Positions 33,919 to 47,043 of a DNA stretch of 64,000 nucleotides are shown one piece after another. Each line of letters opens with the position of its first letter. The first letter of the stretch is position 1. The DNA is from Lingula anatina (taxonomy: Eukaryota > Animalia > Brachiopoda): NCBI GenBank assembly GCA_051362555.1, contig CM120645.1:22754001-22818000 (forward strand), written 5' to 3'. The position numbers and the translations under genes were made by a program. The notes beneath the pieces are model-generated. The model was not told where the DNA came from. It ran no database searches and saw nothing but the letters and a program-made list of their open reading frames with translations.

Positions 33919-35201
33919 TCTCAGTCGGTACATTGGCCTGGGCGTGACGCTCGTTGAAACGCAACCTTGTCAAAATTTTTGAAAATTCAATGTAAAATAT
34001 CTCCCAAACCGAAGGAATTATGGGGAAAATTACTGCAGAAGTCTGTCCGAGAGTCATATGTGGAGATTTCAAATATGCCCTTGGATTTGACCTTTGACCT
34101 TTATGTCAAGGTCAAACGGGCCAAAATTTTCTAAAAATGGGAATTTTCTGCAAAAAATTGGGTTTTCCCAATTTTCAGAAACTACATAGACCTAAGCTCT
34201 CATAAAACAGGGACTTGAGCAAAAATGTTCATTAGCTTGGTTGTTGGATAAACATGATCTAAACATAAGAGGGTCCTGGCCGCTATACCACCTAGCGGTC
34301 AGTGAGTGTGAACAACTACTCACGTCAGTCTGATGAAGACCTTAGACCAGGTTGGCCGCAAGCTAACGGTACGGAAAATTTTAGGCTTGTGTCTGGGAAT
34401 TTTCATGTTTAGTGAAGGGACTTCTTTCATCTCTTGGAGTTTGGGGTCAATCGGTGCATTTTCACGGGAGAAGCAGCCAATAGATGCCGAAACTGAAAAC
34501 TCTCTCTAATTCTGGAACCGTAAATGCTAGAAACCTTTTCTTTTTTTTTTGCATTTTGTAGAGCTTGTCAAGGGGTTGCACTATATCAAAAAGTACACCG
34601 TCGCAATATTCAGTGGTGAAAATAAAATGTGAAATACTCCAAAATTGGCAGGGATACAACCATAGTTGCCATAGTTATTATTTAACTTCAATAGGAAGTC
34701 ATTTACTGGCAATCTAACTGTGACCTTGAAATAGACCTTTGACCTTCTTTTCATGATGAACTGCACTTTGCAAGTTTTCTCCAAATCTGGCAGAGATACA
34801 CCCATAGTTACTATTGAACTTGAATAGGAAATCATATACTGGCAATCTGTGACCTTGAAATTGACCTTTGACTAACTTTTCACCATGAAATTTCTGTCAC
34901 TTATAACTCCAAAACTGGCAGAGATACGCCCAGTGTTGCCCCTGGGTTTTCTCTTTTTTCAGCATATATGCAACACCGATAACACATAAAAAAACCGATA
35001 GACCTATTGTCTTGAAAACCCAAGGAGTGATCAATGTTACGAAAATCGGCTTGATCGGACCGTTTTTACAATTATGCTGTTTTTTCACTTCTTTCTGCAT
35101 ATTTCGAGAACTCTTTTTTATCGCATTTTGCAGAGCTTGTCAAGCACAACACTGGTGGCGGTGTCCCTTATTTATTTATTATTTTTTTTTAATTTTTGAT
35201 A

Positions 35202-35255
<54 letters not shown>

Positions 35256-37811
35256 TTTCCCATACGAATGCGCTTACTCCAGCTGGTGGTACAATATCCG
35301 GAGGTGGTATCACCCTTCTGATCCTCTAGTTTTCTTCTTCCTCTTTGGGCGCTCTGTCAGTACTATGATATTGATACAAACAACAGTTTCATTCATGATC
35401 ACATTTCATGAATTATTGATCCAAAGCTATCGATATTGGTATGGAGTTTATGGAGGAGACATATGCGTCATGTAAAATTATTTATCAACTTCAGATATCT
35501 GAAGATTGCCTGACGCTCAACGTTTTTGTTCCCGATACCCCTGGCGTTAAAGCTGTAATGGTCTGGATTCATGGCGGAGGCTACTACACAGGGGGCAGTT
35601 TTCACTATGATTTCACCGAATTCGGTAGGTCCACTGTGTGGCCCTTCATGGGTTATATACATGTGTAATCTGCTCTTTGTCAGTGCATCTACATGTATAT
35701 AAAAATGGAAAGAAAATATAAGGAAGAAAGAAAAGTGAATATCAAATATGAAATCAAATTCAATGAATCAAATTATATTTTCTATCATTTTGATAAGCTG
35801 CAAGAGGCGACATTATCGTTGTGTCATTGAATTATCGCCTGGGACCATTTGGTTTCCTGAGTATAGATGGCGCTAATGCACCTGGAAATCTGGGACTGTG
35901 GGATCAGATTGAGGGCCTGAAGTGGGTACAAGACAACATTGGAGCCTTTGGTGGTGACCCTAAAAAGTACGTTTGACATGGTTGTGACCTGTTTAAACTG
36001 TCGGCCTACTTGCTTGTCGGTCTTTTGTTTGAATTTTCGAGACTTTTCTGCTACTTGGGCTTGGCCAAAGCAGTGAAGGTAATACATGTTTTAGAAAATA
36101 TATATACTACATCGAATTTAAGAGACGTTGTTGTGTTTCCTCAAATGAGAGAATAAAATACATTTACCCAACGAATACTTCCTAGTGGTATTACATGATA
36201 TAATGATCCGAACCCGGTAGATTCAATAAATCAGATAAATACTAACGCATATAAGAACCCTGAAGGAGACGTGCATTTCGAATGCCTCCATCAAAATTTT
36301 TATCTTTTTTCAGGGTTACTACATTCGGGGAATCTGCCGGGGGTAGCAGTATCTCTCAGCTTGCTCTTACCGCAAAAGCCAAAGGCCTCTTTCACCGTTT
36401 CATTCCTCAGAGCGGGTCCGCCTGGGCAGACTGGACGTGGTCGACGGAAAAAGCTGCAACACTCTCTCTAAGGATTGGCGACATCATAGGCTGCCACGCC
36501 GGGCCAACAGAGAGGTCAAAACTCCTCGACTGTCTGCGAAAAACAACAGCTGAACGATTCCTAGACGCGAGTATCGTTGCTACCATAGGTGTCCCTGGCA
36601 CCCTCCATTACAGCGCTGAGGTCGACGGCGATATGTTTCCAGAATCCTTATCAGACATGTTTAAAAAACCTGATTCCGAAGTCATACAGCACTTTCGTTC
36701 TCTGGACTGTTTGGGAGGTTTCACTGACGGAGACGGGGCGATATTGATCCATGACATCGATAACGGGATCACCCCTGCAGAATTACGAGACAAGTTTATC
36801 CCTGATGTGGCGAAGCATGTCGCACCTGGCCACAAAGCCGAAATTGAGAACGTTCTAATGAAGGAATACTACAACAACGCAGCTAATCGATATGACACTG
36901 CTAACCGCTACGTCGACATCTTGACGGACTGGGATTTAGCAGGACCGATGGCAATTCTGACAGATAAACACGTGTCACCATGTGGTGGCTCTACATACCT
37001 TTACTACCTCACAAAGGTACCTTCATTTGGCTACGTTTTGAAATTCCCTCCTTGGTTCGATCGGTCCAACCACGGAGACGACATTTCGTATCTCCTTGGT
37101 CCAGATCACCCCACAATGTTTGATGACGGCGTCGAGTTTGATGACGGTGACAAGAGGATTTCTTACGAAATGATGAAGTATTGGGCAAACTTTGCTAAAA
37201 CAGGGTAAGTGTAGATCTGATAATTCTTGTGTTACAACAATCACTTACTTAAAGTATAGTTAACTTTATTTTGGGTAAAGAGTAGCATACAGCCGTGTAA
37301 ACATTATAGTTACCAAGAGATGTTTGCAAAAAGCCATTGTACGAGTTCGCCATTTCTCGTCTCAATTACGAAACATAAAACCCAAAATCGAGTTAAAGGG
37401 AGTAAATTTATCAACATATTTGTGTACAGTAAATATGGATGATAAGTGAAACTGCTGGAATTTCCAGAAATTTAGTTTTTCTACATACAGTTCTAACATT
37501 CAATGTATGTTGATGCCATGCACAAATGTACAGAACAGTTATCATTCGTTTAATAAAGGGATCCTAACAAACCAGACATGCCCACCACGACCTGGCCACC
37601 ATACACTTCAGACAAGAAAGAATACATCGAGTTAGGTGACGTCACCAAGTCTGCTTCTGACGTCATACCAAGTCGTTGGAAGCTGTGGGTGACCACCATC
37701 CCGGAGATCCAGGCGTCCCCCGTGGTCTCTAAAGCTCGCGGACGCTGTCCCCCGTATCTTTGTCATTGTTGCGGGTACGATGTCTGCCTGGACGACAAGT
37801 ATCTGAACTAA
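33278..37811 (+). CDS. Type-B carboxylesterase, divergent copy CE-5 (~577 aa, intact, Cys-rich C-terminal extension)
   Basis: Exons 33278-33568, 35495-35624, 35798-35966, 36314-37204, 37559-37811; same intron positions and phases as CE-1 to CE-4. Signal peptide, WIHGGGY, GESAGG, GDG, HGDD. Confidence 0.92.
33760..35331 (+). mobile_element. Composite non-autonomous repeat insertion(s), Helentron/HINE-like, in CE-5 intron 1
   Basis: Repeated TGACCTT(T/G)GA motifs, internal tandem duplications (~34620-34930), T-rich ends and a terminal ...CTCTAGTT; boundaries approximate. Confidence 0.4.
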
Positions 37812-38715
37812 AAGCAAACAAAATGTAATGTAAAGAGAACATAACCCTTTCCTAAAGGACGTTCAGTTGGACTCTAAGGGAACCCTACAGGCCTCTATCG
37901 GACATCCTCTGATTCCTGTACAACATGTTTAATTTTACTAATGTTATTGGATTTGCTATAAATAAGATGTTTTAATGCTGAATAAGAAGCACAAATATTG
38001 TCATGTTGAACTTCTGTCTTCGACGTTGAATTTGATTTGGCGGTAATATCCTGGTTAGTAGAACTTTAATTTTGTAATATGTTTGAGCTGGTTATTTGGA
38101 ATTAAAGGGCCGCGTCGTTCCGAATCCACGCAGACATTGGGTTCTTTGCCGCATTTTATGATAGAGGTTCAACTGATGCAATTTACAGGCGCCATTTTTT
38201 TTTTCAAAATAACCTCTTTTCTTTGTACGAAGCTCAACAACACAGGCAAAGCTGTAGTGAGTGGAAACTAAAGAAATATACAAAACACCACATTCTTTGC
38301 ACTGAACAAGACATAGAGGAACTGAAAAATGTCCTTTGTCCGTTATTTCAACCATGTAGTGGCATCATTGCCCATTGGATCCATATTGGTATCACGTCAT
38401 GTAGCACTGTGTATGGTGCAGACGACATTATTTGTGTTATTCTATTCTCAGCATAGTGGCTCCTGTGCATTGGCAATAAGTCAGAAGTATAAAGATTTTT
38501 GCTCATGCGGGTTGTGCAGATAAAAGTGAAAATTGCGACTTTATGATGGTAGCATTAATCGTCTTCTTCAAACTATATTTGAGGATAATCGATTTGAAGC
38601 GCGCACTTCACCGTTGTACAGTTGCCGTTAACCATCGACCAGAGTGGAGTACCAAAACATATCACCAAAGATCCGTTGGAACATCTTAATAGGCGTCGAA
38701 GATTTACACTGAAAC

Positions 38716-40149
38716 ATGGTGAGTTAGACAAGATTACTTAGGAGTATTGTGCCCATATTTACTCATTCTCGAAATATAGGTTCATTTAACATTTTTTTTT
38801 ATTTCATTAAAAATAAGCGAGCGGAAGATTTGTTTGTCCAAGTAAAACTTTACTTACATCAGTCTAGCAATTTAAATCATTTGAAAAAAAAATTCTAGAT
38901 TTATCTGTTCTGGCCCAAAAACATGAACGGAGTAATTTTCAAACCTTCTTTGCTGTCCCTCGCAGCACCATCTCACATTCTCCTATTGATCTACTTCATT
39001 TGAACAAAAGTAGAAATTTTGCCACTTGTTAGGTAGCGAGCATGACGGCTAACGAGTAGGAAAGTGCCTGGAATGTTTATTGTAAATTTTTAAAACTTTT
39101 GTTACTCAAAACTTATTTACTGAATATGAAAACTGTGCAAATTAGCAATGCATGAACCTGAAAATGTTTGCATGTCATAGACAAAAGGCTATATTTATTA
39201 ATTACTGTCGCCAGGCCTTAAACAATTGAATTCATGAATATTCATGCATCTTTAACTTCATTTTTCCACTTTTCTGTTTTTTTTTTTTTTTTCAAATGGA
39301 ACTGTGTGTCTCGTTTAGATTGCATCACTATTCCTTTTTTTAAAGGTACTGCATCTCTTTTCCCTCCTGTGTTTCTTCGCATTGCCAATGGTGATGGCGG
39401 GAGAAAAATTGTGCATCGTCTACACTATGATTGGTCAGGGCAGCATCAATGCCGGCGAATTTTCCAGCGAGCAATGGTACCAAGTACACCGATATTTCGA
39501 TCGAAACACTAACGCCAGCATCGCAGCTGAAGGGAGAAAGTTCCTACAGTTTTTGAGAGAATGGTACGGCATCGACGCGGTCGTTGGTGATGATAGCTTG
39601 TCAGGGGTTGATCCGACCCCTGTGTCTTTCCAGACCACGTCACTAAACTTTACATTCGCAATTATGACTCTTCCACAGTCTGCTAAGTTTCAACTTTATA
39701 CGGAGTCGCGAGGCAAACGAGTTCGTTTTTACGCTACCAAGATTCAGAGTATTGGATGGATGATTACAATCGACAATCAGTTCACTGTGAGTGAGGGTCG
39801 AAACCAGGGAATGGAGGTGCCTGCAAGAAGTACCATTAAGTTTGAAGACGTCTATATGAGACCGGGGCCATTGGGATTCGACAGTGAAATAAAGCTACGT
39901 GCAGACGACCGTGTTCCAACTGTTCGCATTCCAATCCCATTGGGGCAATATACTAATATGACCGGGTATGACGTCACACAAGGAGAGTACGCCGTCTTCA
40001 ATCGCCACGTCATCAGTCTGACCAGACCCGAATTCGGTGACGGCGTAGCGTACGGGGTCCTTACTCTCTACGTGCACGGAAACGAATATCTGAATGATGG
40101 TCGAATGGTTATCACCTTCTGCAACCGTACAGAGAATGATCTGCCATAG
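38716..40149 (+). CDS. Uncharacterised secreted protein (~268 aa)
   Basis: ATG at 38716-38718 is followed directly by GTGAGT. The acceptor TTTTTTTAAAG at 39345 opens exon 39346-40149 in frame with ORF 39382-40149, giving signal peptide M-VLHLFSLLCFFALPMVMAG. Composition is coding-like, with several N-glycosylation sequons. Confidence 0.75.
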
Positions 40150-41951
40150 TTGAGCTTTTCATACATTGAACTGTTTTTCTCTTTTGAGGTAATACGACTG
40201 TAATGTTTTTTGTTTGTTTGTTTGTTTGGTCTTAAGTTGTTATTTTAGTTCAATGAAATTTATTGTAAAGATCGGGTAAGGGAAGTAAAAAAGAACAAAG
40301 AGCATTTTGGCTTTTGAAATCAATGTAACTACCTTTGAAATGTTTTTTTTTATTTCTTAGAGAGAGAGAGAAAGACAGATGCGGGTTTCCTCCTGTTCAT
40401 ATAACGTATACCATTTACACCGCACAAGCAATGTCAAGCAGCAGTAAAAGCCCGAATAAAGTGCGGATTTTTTATTAAGAAACATTCTCAGTATTTGTAT
40501 CCGATCAAAGAAAGACTTGTCCAATGTTATGGGTTAAAAAACGAAACTGATCCCTCTCATCTCAACCCGTATCCTTCAAATTAAAAAGTGAAATAAAATA
40601 AAAGTGATAGTAAAATGTAGAACCACTTCCATTTTCAAAACCATCATGTGTAAATTTGATGAAAATGGGACATTAGACAAAAACGACAATATAGGTATAG
40701 ATAAGGAAATTGTATATTTTAAAGCAGAATTAAAATCTAATTGAATCGCTTGTTACGTAAACAGCCTAAATTTCCATATGTTAGTTTACTGGCGTTAAAA
40801 CATATTTTTGTCATTTGGAATTGCAGTTTTTCACGTTTATATTGAATTGCACATAATAGCATGTAAAAATTTAAAAAAAAACGTCAAGTCTATGAATTGG
40901 ACCATCACTCCTGAGGGTACGAGAATTAGGAGTTTGAAGGAGAATAGAAATAGATAAAAGAAATGGCCTCTCAACCGAAACCGGTGATTAAAACGTGCCA
41001 GTAAAAACTATGCTTATAAAACGTGCCTATGTAACGTGCCAGCTAGTATTCATTAAAATAGATTACTGAGAAAAGCATAAGTGCTTGAAAGTTATGCAGC
41101 TGTGGTTGAATCCTGGTGCCGTTTCAAAAAGTTATTAAAGTCGTTTAGTGCACAGATATAATTTGTTAAATTAGGTTTCTCTGCCTGGTAGTTTCCCCCT
41201 CAGTCCCATAAGCGAACTATACTTGTCTTGACACTGGTCTTCATTCTTCATGGTAACGATGGCCGACGGCGCTATGCCACGTACATTAATTGCGAATCTA
41301 GCAGGTCTACAAATCGTATAGTTGTATAGTATACTGTCTAATCTAATGTAAGATATCTTGTCTAAGCCCAAACTCGTGAAGTAATTCTGCATATCACTCC
41401 CTCTAATTTTTACTAGCTAAATCATAACTCTAAACCGTACCAAATGGCTGGGTTTGCCCTCTAAAAGACCACGCTTAGTGGGGGAGGGGGGTCGGATTCG
41501 TATCCGCAGACCCCCACCCCTTTAAATGGGGTAACGTTACATTAGTGCTTAACGTCGTACTTTGTTTAATAGACAGGCATTATGGATACTTCATAGTAAA
41601 CAATTATACCGGGTTTGGTCACATGCTTGTCGTATCTGCCTTACTCAAGCCAGATATCCACATTGTTAATAAAAATACTTGATACCGTATCGCCTACGAG
41701 AGATGATAATCTGCTAAAAGCGGAAGGATTTATTTATGAGGAAGTCTGATGCAGAGGGAACATACATGTATTTCAGTAGTATACATCTGTGGTATCTTTG
41801 GTGGAGGAAACGGTACTCATATTTTTCCACTTTTATTGGGAGGCATTATCCCCACCTCTAAGCATTTTGTTACTTCTCATTGGACACATTGACCACAGGT
41901 ACTTAAGGCTGCTGTCCAGCAGAATAGGTAATGATTATGTTAATGGATAAG

Positions 41952-42183
41952 ATATTAAGCATCTCTTGCAAGGTGACACGCCTAATGCTTAACTTAATCT
42001 AACATAATCCTTAAACCAAGCAAATGATTCTCTACAAACAAAAAATCACTGGCCAGTAGATTAGGTAATTATTATATGTTAGTGAATAAAATATTAAGCA
42101 TCTCTTACAATGTGGCACGCTTAATGCTTAACTTAATCTAACATAATCCTTAAACCAAGCAAATGATTCTCTACAGACAAAAA
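41952..42183. repeat. Local direct duplication (~90-bp core, ~139-bp spacing) upstream of the GPCR
   Basis: ATATTAAGCATCTCTT...TAATGCTTAACTTAATCTAACATAATCCTTAAACCAAGCAAATGATTCTCTACA occurs twice. Confidence 0.8.
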
Positions 42184-42531
42184 ACGTATTTGTTGACTAG
42201 ATTTTTTTCAATTTTAAGGACTGCACAGACTAAGGTATATATAGTTGTTTGGTACATGCGGCTTGTTTTAACTGTGATAAGGAAAAGTAGCTAGGACCAT
42301 AATTCCCTTCTAGGACATGCCAGTGGTTTTGATCGTGCGTTTTCAATACAGCGCGTTGACGAACAGCCAAAATGCAAGAACGTATACGTGACTTATATTT
42401 CTGTTTGTAATGATTAACTACAAATGTCAATCAATCGTGGTATAAGGAAGTGCAAAATAGAGAATAGAGTGTGATAATTTACACTGTGTGTTTTAGTATT
42501 GGGTGATCAACGTCACAGGAAGGACTGAAAT

Positions 42532-43701
42532 ATGGAGTTCATCAGCGGCATAACACCCTCAATTAGTACAGAAAACAGTAGCGTTCATTCCACGGGTGAC
42601 GATTACACATCTTTCCTAGTGCGCATAGCCACGGAGCAGGTCACGCCAAGCACGAACAATGGTACTTTGGAAATTGTGGCACTGAGACTAAGACAATATG
42701 GCCGCCCTGTCATTTGCACCCTTGGAGTGGTCTGCAGTTTGCTGTCCATTGTCGTGTTCAGTAGAAAACGACTGCGCACTACACCAACATGTCTACTGCT
42801 CCTGGCGGCGGCCTGTGGCGACTTATTAACCACGCTGAACGGGTACGTCCCCTGGCTGGAGTACGATCTTCCGGACCTTCACGTTCACGCGCTCACGTGC
42901 AACGCCTTCATGTGCCGGCTGTCTGTGTTTGCGTGCTTCTTCGGACCCGAATTGAGCGCGCTCCTGCTTACGTCCATGGCGTTGGAACGTTACATCAAGC
43001 TCGCGAGGCCCATGGTTCACGCTTTATACCTCACCGTCAGTAGAACACTGATCTTCATTGGTTTCTTAGCTTCTGTTCTTATCCTTCTGAACATTAACAT
43101 ATTTATATCTGACATATACTTGGAAAAGGTGGATGGGAATAATACGGTTTGCTGGAATATGTTCCACGACAGCGTTGATTTACTAAGGAATAAGACAAAC
43201 GCTTCAGCCATTACCTACTGGCAAGTACACAGATGGATAGCGCTAACGTTGTATTGGATCATCCCCTCAGTTTTACTGCCCGTCTTTAACATCGCGTTCA
43301 TTGTTTCTTTAAAGCGGCGCCTGACGGAGCAACGCCCAAGTGAAGAACCGTCGTCAAGTTTTAACGAAGACTTGTTGGCAGTGATGGGAACGCATGAGGA
43401 CCCCAGATGGGCAGACAGTGACCCCGATAAAGAGGTCACGGTGATGTTAGTGACGGTCACAGTGGCGTTCATTCTGTTAACCAGCGGGTTTAACTTGGTG
43501 CAGGTGGGTCTGTTAAAGCTTTTCAACCCTGACAAACCTACGACACAAACGCCAGTTAATAGTTTAGTATTCACGGTCTTCATCCTGCTGTTCTACCTGA
43601 ACCACGCCTTGAACTTCTTCCTGTACTGTTTCAGCGTGCGGACGTATAGAAAGGAATTTTACGACCTATTTCGCAACCTGCGTTGTACTTCCAGCTCATA
43701 A
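42532..43701 (+). CDS. Rhodopsin-family (class A) GPCR, FMRFamide/peptide-receptor-like or chemoreceptor-like, intronless, 389 aa
   Basis: Seven hydrophobic segments, LA..D in TM2, C at the top of TM3, MALERY (DRY variant), P in TM5, NHALNFFLY (NPxxY variant), YRKEF helix 8, N-terminal glycosylation sequons. Confidence 0.88.
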   Translation: MEFISGITPSISTENSSVHSTGDDYTSFLVRIATEQVTPSTNNGTLEIVALRLRQYGRPVICTLGVVCSLLSIVVFSRKRLRTTPTCLLLLAAACGDLLTTLNGYVPWLEYDLPDLHVHALTCNAFMCRLSVFACFFGPELSALLLTSMALERYIKLARPMVHALYLTVSRTLIFIGFLASVLILLNINIFISDIYLEKVDGNNTVCWNMFHDSVDLLRNKTNASAITYWQVHRWIALTLYWIIPSVLLPVFNIAFIVSLKRRLTEQRPSEEPSSSFNEDLLAVMGTHEDPRWADSDPDKEVTVMLVTVTVAFILLTSGFNLVQVGLLKLFNPDKPTTQTPVNSLVFTVFILLFYLNHALNFFLYCFSVRTYRKEFYDLFRNLRCTSSS

Positions 43702-43914
43702 AAGTCTCACTCTTGCCAGTGGAGCCCGTACGTCAATTTTTGGTTCATAACAAGTTGATTTCTTTTGTCAGAACTATCCATAGGACATAATGGACAAAGT
43801 TAAATCATACCTACTGACAGCAATTATTTCGTTTGTTTTCGGTAAGAATTGATTTGTGATTAATTATGTAATGACAGACATCCTTAATCAAAGGGACTAA
43901 ATTTTTTGTCAAAA

Positions 43915-43916
<2 letters not shown>

Positions 43917-43960
<44 letters not shown>
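43917..43960. repeat. (AT)n microsatellite
   Basis: About 22 AT units. Confidence 0.9.
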
Positions 43961-43963
<3 letters not shown>

Positions 43964-45440
43964 TTTTATGGACAGAGTTAAATAATATCTAACATTTGTT
44001 TCATTTGTTCTCAGTAAGAATGGTTTGGGGACTAAATATATTGCGACAGACGTCCCAAATATATATCAGACATTTTGATTCTGAGCCCCTGGTTCAAGAA
44101 ATGTACCAGGCGGATGCAAAATAAAATTGCAGTATCATCAGATTATAATCACGTGAATGTCACTACTGTATCGATTTATTAAAATTGATAAGTCAACAAA
44201 TTCTCCGAAGGGAAATTGGTGTGTAAAGACATGCCCTGTTAGAAACGATTCTACTTCACGAACATGAAGTTCATTTCAGTGTTAAAATTACTTTCCTTAT
44301 ATTTCATATGGCTTAATATGCCCTTTTGTATTGTTAAAACATTAGAGAATGATCTCATAAGTTTTTATTGCATCATAAATAAATTCATAGCTTCGTGAGC
44401 GATAGCATTTTGTTTTTACAACATAAATAAACTCCAGTCGAGTCATTGGATTCCGTGGCAATTACTCATCAGAGCTCAAATGCTTTAATTAACAAAGTGA
44501 CAAATTTTGTGAGCAATATCATCATATTCAAATTAAGCATACTGGTTTATTGCAAATCAGTTAAAGATGGAATAACATGTACATATACCACCATAATAAC
44601 AGCACAATCTTTTCTTAGTATCCTGCGCTTTAGATAGCACTCTCCCATCAGATTATCTGTTCTTCCTTTTCCCACTTCAATCCCCCCTCCAATCAGCATA
44701 CTTGTTCCATATTGGTTTTTTCAAGAACCTATCAGATTGCATGTACTTCTTGATTGTAGGCAGCGCCTGAAATGTAAGCGTGAAAGTTACCTTACTCCAC
44801 GCCCTAGAGAGACATAAGACAGAATACACAGTAAAATATTCCAACTCACTTCAAAGTTTGCCATGAAGTTCACCAGGTTCTTAAAGTCATCAAGACATCC
44901 AGGAGAAAAGATCCGATGCATGTCTAAGATATCGTAGGCCAGAAAGTCAACGTACGTGAGCTGAAAGAGAAAGCCACAGTTTCAACTACATTCAGAAGAA
45001 TACTGCGTCTTTAAGATATTTTCTAATGAATAAATTTTATCATGTGCGCCATAGGTGAATGACAACAAAAATTAAACACAGGGAGTGAAGAGAGCACAAG
45101 GAAATAAATATAATAACTTTACAATACAACACTTTTTCTCTCTCGAGCGCACACACACACTCACACACACACACACACACGCGTGCGCACGTACACACTA
45201 CTAACATGTATTCAACTAAATATTCATGTACACAAATGTTTATTTACGTACGTTATTGCCGGTAAACCATGGACGGTCCTGCAAGAACTCAGAATACTCC
45301 TTCAACATGTCTGGCAGTTTCGACAAATACTCGGACCTCTTTTCTGCCTAGTATAAAATAGTGACATAATCACGTCATATGAATGTGCAAATTAAAATAC
45401 AGTGTTTCGCATCCTTTCGAAGAAATAGGTATAACATATC

Positions 45441-45606
45441 CAGGGGCAGATTGAGGCCGTCTTCTGGGTGTTCTGGAAGACGGTCAGATTTTCAAGTTTA
45501 CATTGACCGGTATCGAATTTTTTGTCGGAAGACGGTCAAATATTGAAGATGGATCAACAAGGATAATTTGGAAGAATGTCAGAAAATATCTCTGGATCTG
45601 CCCCTG
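45441..45606. mobile_element. MITE with 11-bp TIR and 5-bp TSD
   Basis: CAGGGGCAGAT ... ATCTGCCCCTG flanked by ATATC on both sides (45436-45440, 45607-45611). Confidence 0.7.
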
Positions 45607-46996
45607 ATATCTACTGACAAAACCAAATAATCTCATGATAGACACCTCCGCCACGCTTCAAATACTCACGTAATCCCAGTTGGAAAGTTTTTTAGCATAG
45701 CAGACGTAAATAAATGCCCAAACGAAATCGTCCAGCTGGTGTTCAAGGATATCACATCTGATGTTTTCCTGCTCAGTGGAGGGACCTGAAAAGGGGATAG
45801 AGTTAATATACACTTGCACGTGTAGTTTGATAATGATGATGGTACGTGCCCGCGCACACGCTTACACACACACACACACACACACACACTAATGATAATG
45901 TAACTGAATAATGATAATGATGCCTCTATGGGTCAATCGCTTAAAAATAAAAAAGGAAATTAAAAAAAAATTGGGACGTTTTGATATACGTTTAATATGG
46001 CTTTGTGGGACCAGAGAGAATATATTCAAATTCATAGATAATCTATACAAAATTTCCCGTCAAAATGAATTTTCCTCTGGGTAAAAAAGCAAATTTTCTT
46101 GTACTCGCGAGATGTTGCTTTCGAAGTTTAATTCCGTTTTTAATCAAATTATATAGTTCTAAAATAATATCCAATTGGAAAGAGCAGACTATTGAAATTA
46201 TCTTATTATGAAGATCTAGGGCCAATTAGGCAAATACAAAATCAATTCTCTCTGACGAAAACTTGGAACAGTTTTAAGTTCCAAAGAAAGACACTTAAAT
46301 ATGACAGAATAATCACAAGCTCTGGCAAACAGTGCCAATACTTAAGGATGCATATTGAAATCCAATCACTCACACAAGTTATGTTTTCGAGCAAGGTGCT
46401 TCAGAATGGCATGACTCTGGACGATTGCAATATCGTTATCAATCCAGTATGGGTTCTGAAAGGTAAAACAATACAGGTGATCTGCAGTGCGACAGTTGAG
46501 ACCGTTTCGATATCAGATTTTAAGTTACGTGGGTATTTTATGACGTTAACCCTCAAAATGACGTCATAAGATTTAAAGAACGAAGTGACGTCACATGGCA
46601 ATTTTAAGTTCAGCTAAATATGTTTTAAATGTGCTCTGAAAATTCATAACAGCATTAAGAATTTTCAGAGAAAACCTTTGGTCTTTCTAAGTGTACCATA
46701 TCCATTTATGTCATTCAGTTTCAGTTTTAGTATCCACGTACATTTGGAAAGGGTAATCCAAGTTTGAACTTTTCACTCAACCAAGACTCACGGCTGAAAT
46801 CAGGAGCTGAAACAAAACACGTGGTCAAAAATTGAGTAATAGAATTTATACCGATCATTGTAGAAATGATTGAAATAAACCTTGTACAGTACGCATATAA
46901 TATGAATGATGGCGTTATCCGTTATTCATTCTCACATTGAAAAGTTCACTTATTCTAACATCAGCTGATACGGACAGAATTTGGGATGGAGGAATG

Positions 46997-47043
<47 letters not shown>

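Noticed and set aside
34300-34375. Hammerhead-ribozyme-like CTGATGA-AGACC...GGTT
   Set aside because: The required GAAA core after stem II is missing; at most a truncated Penelope-type remnant.
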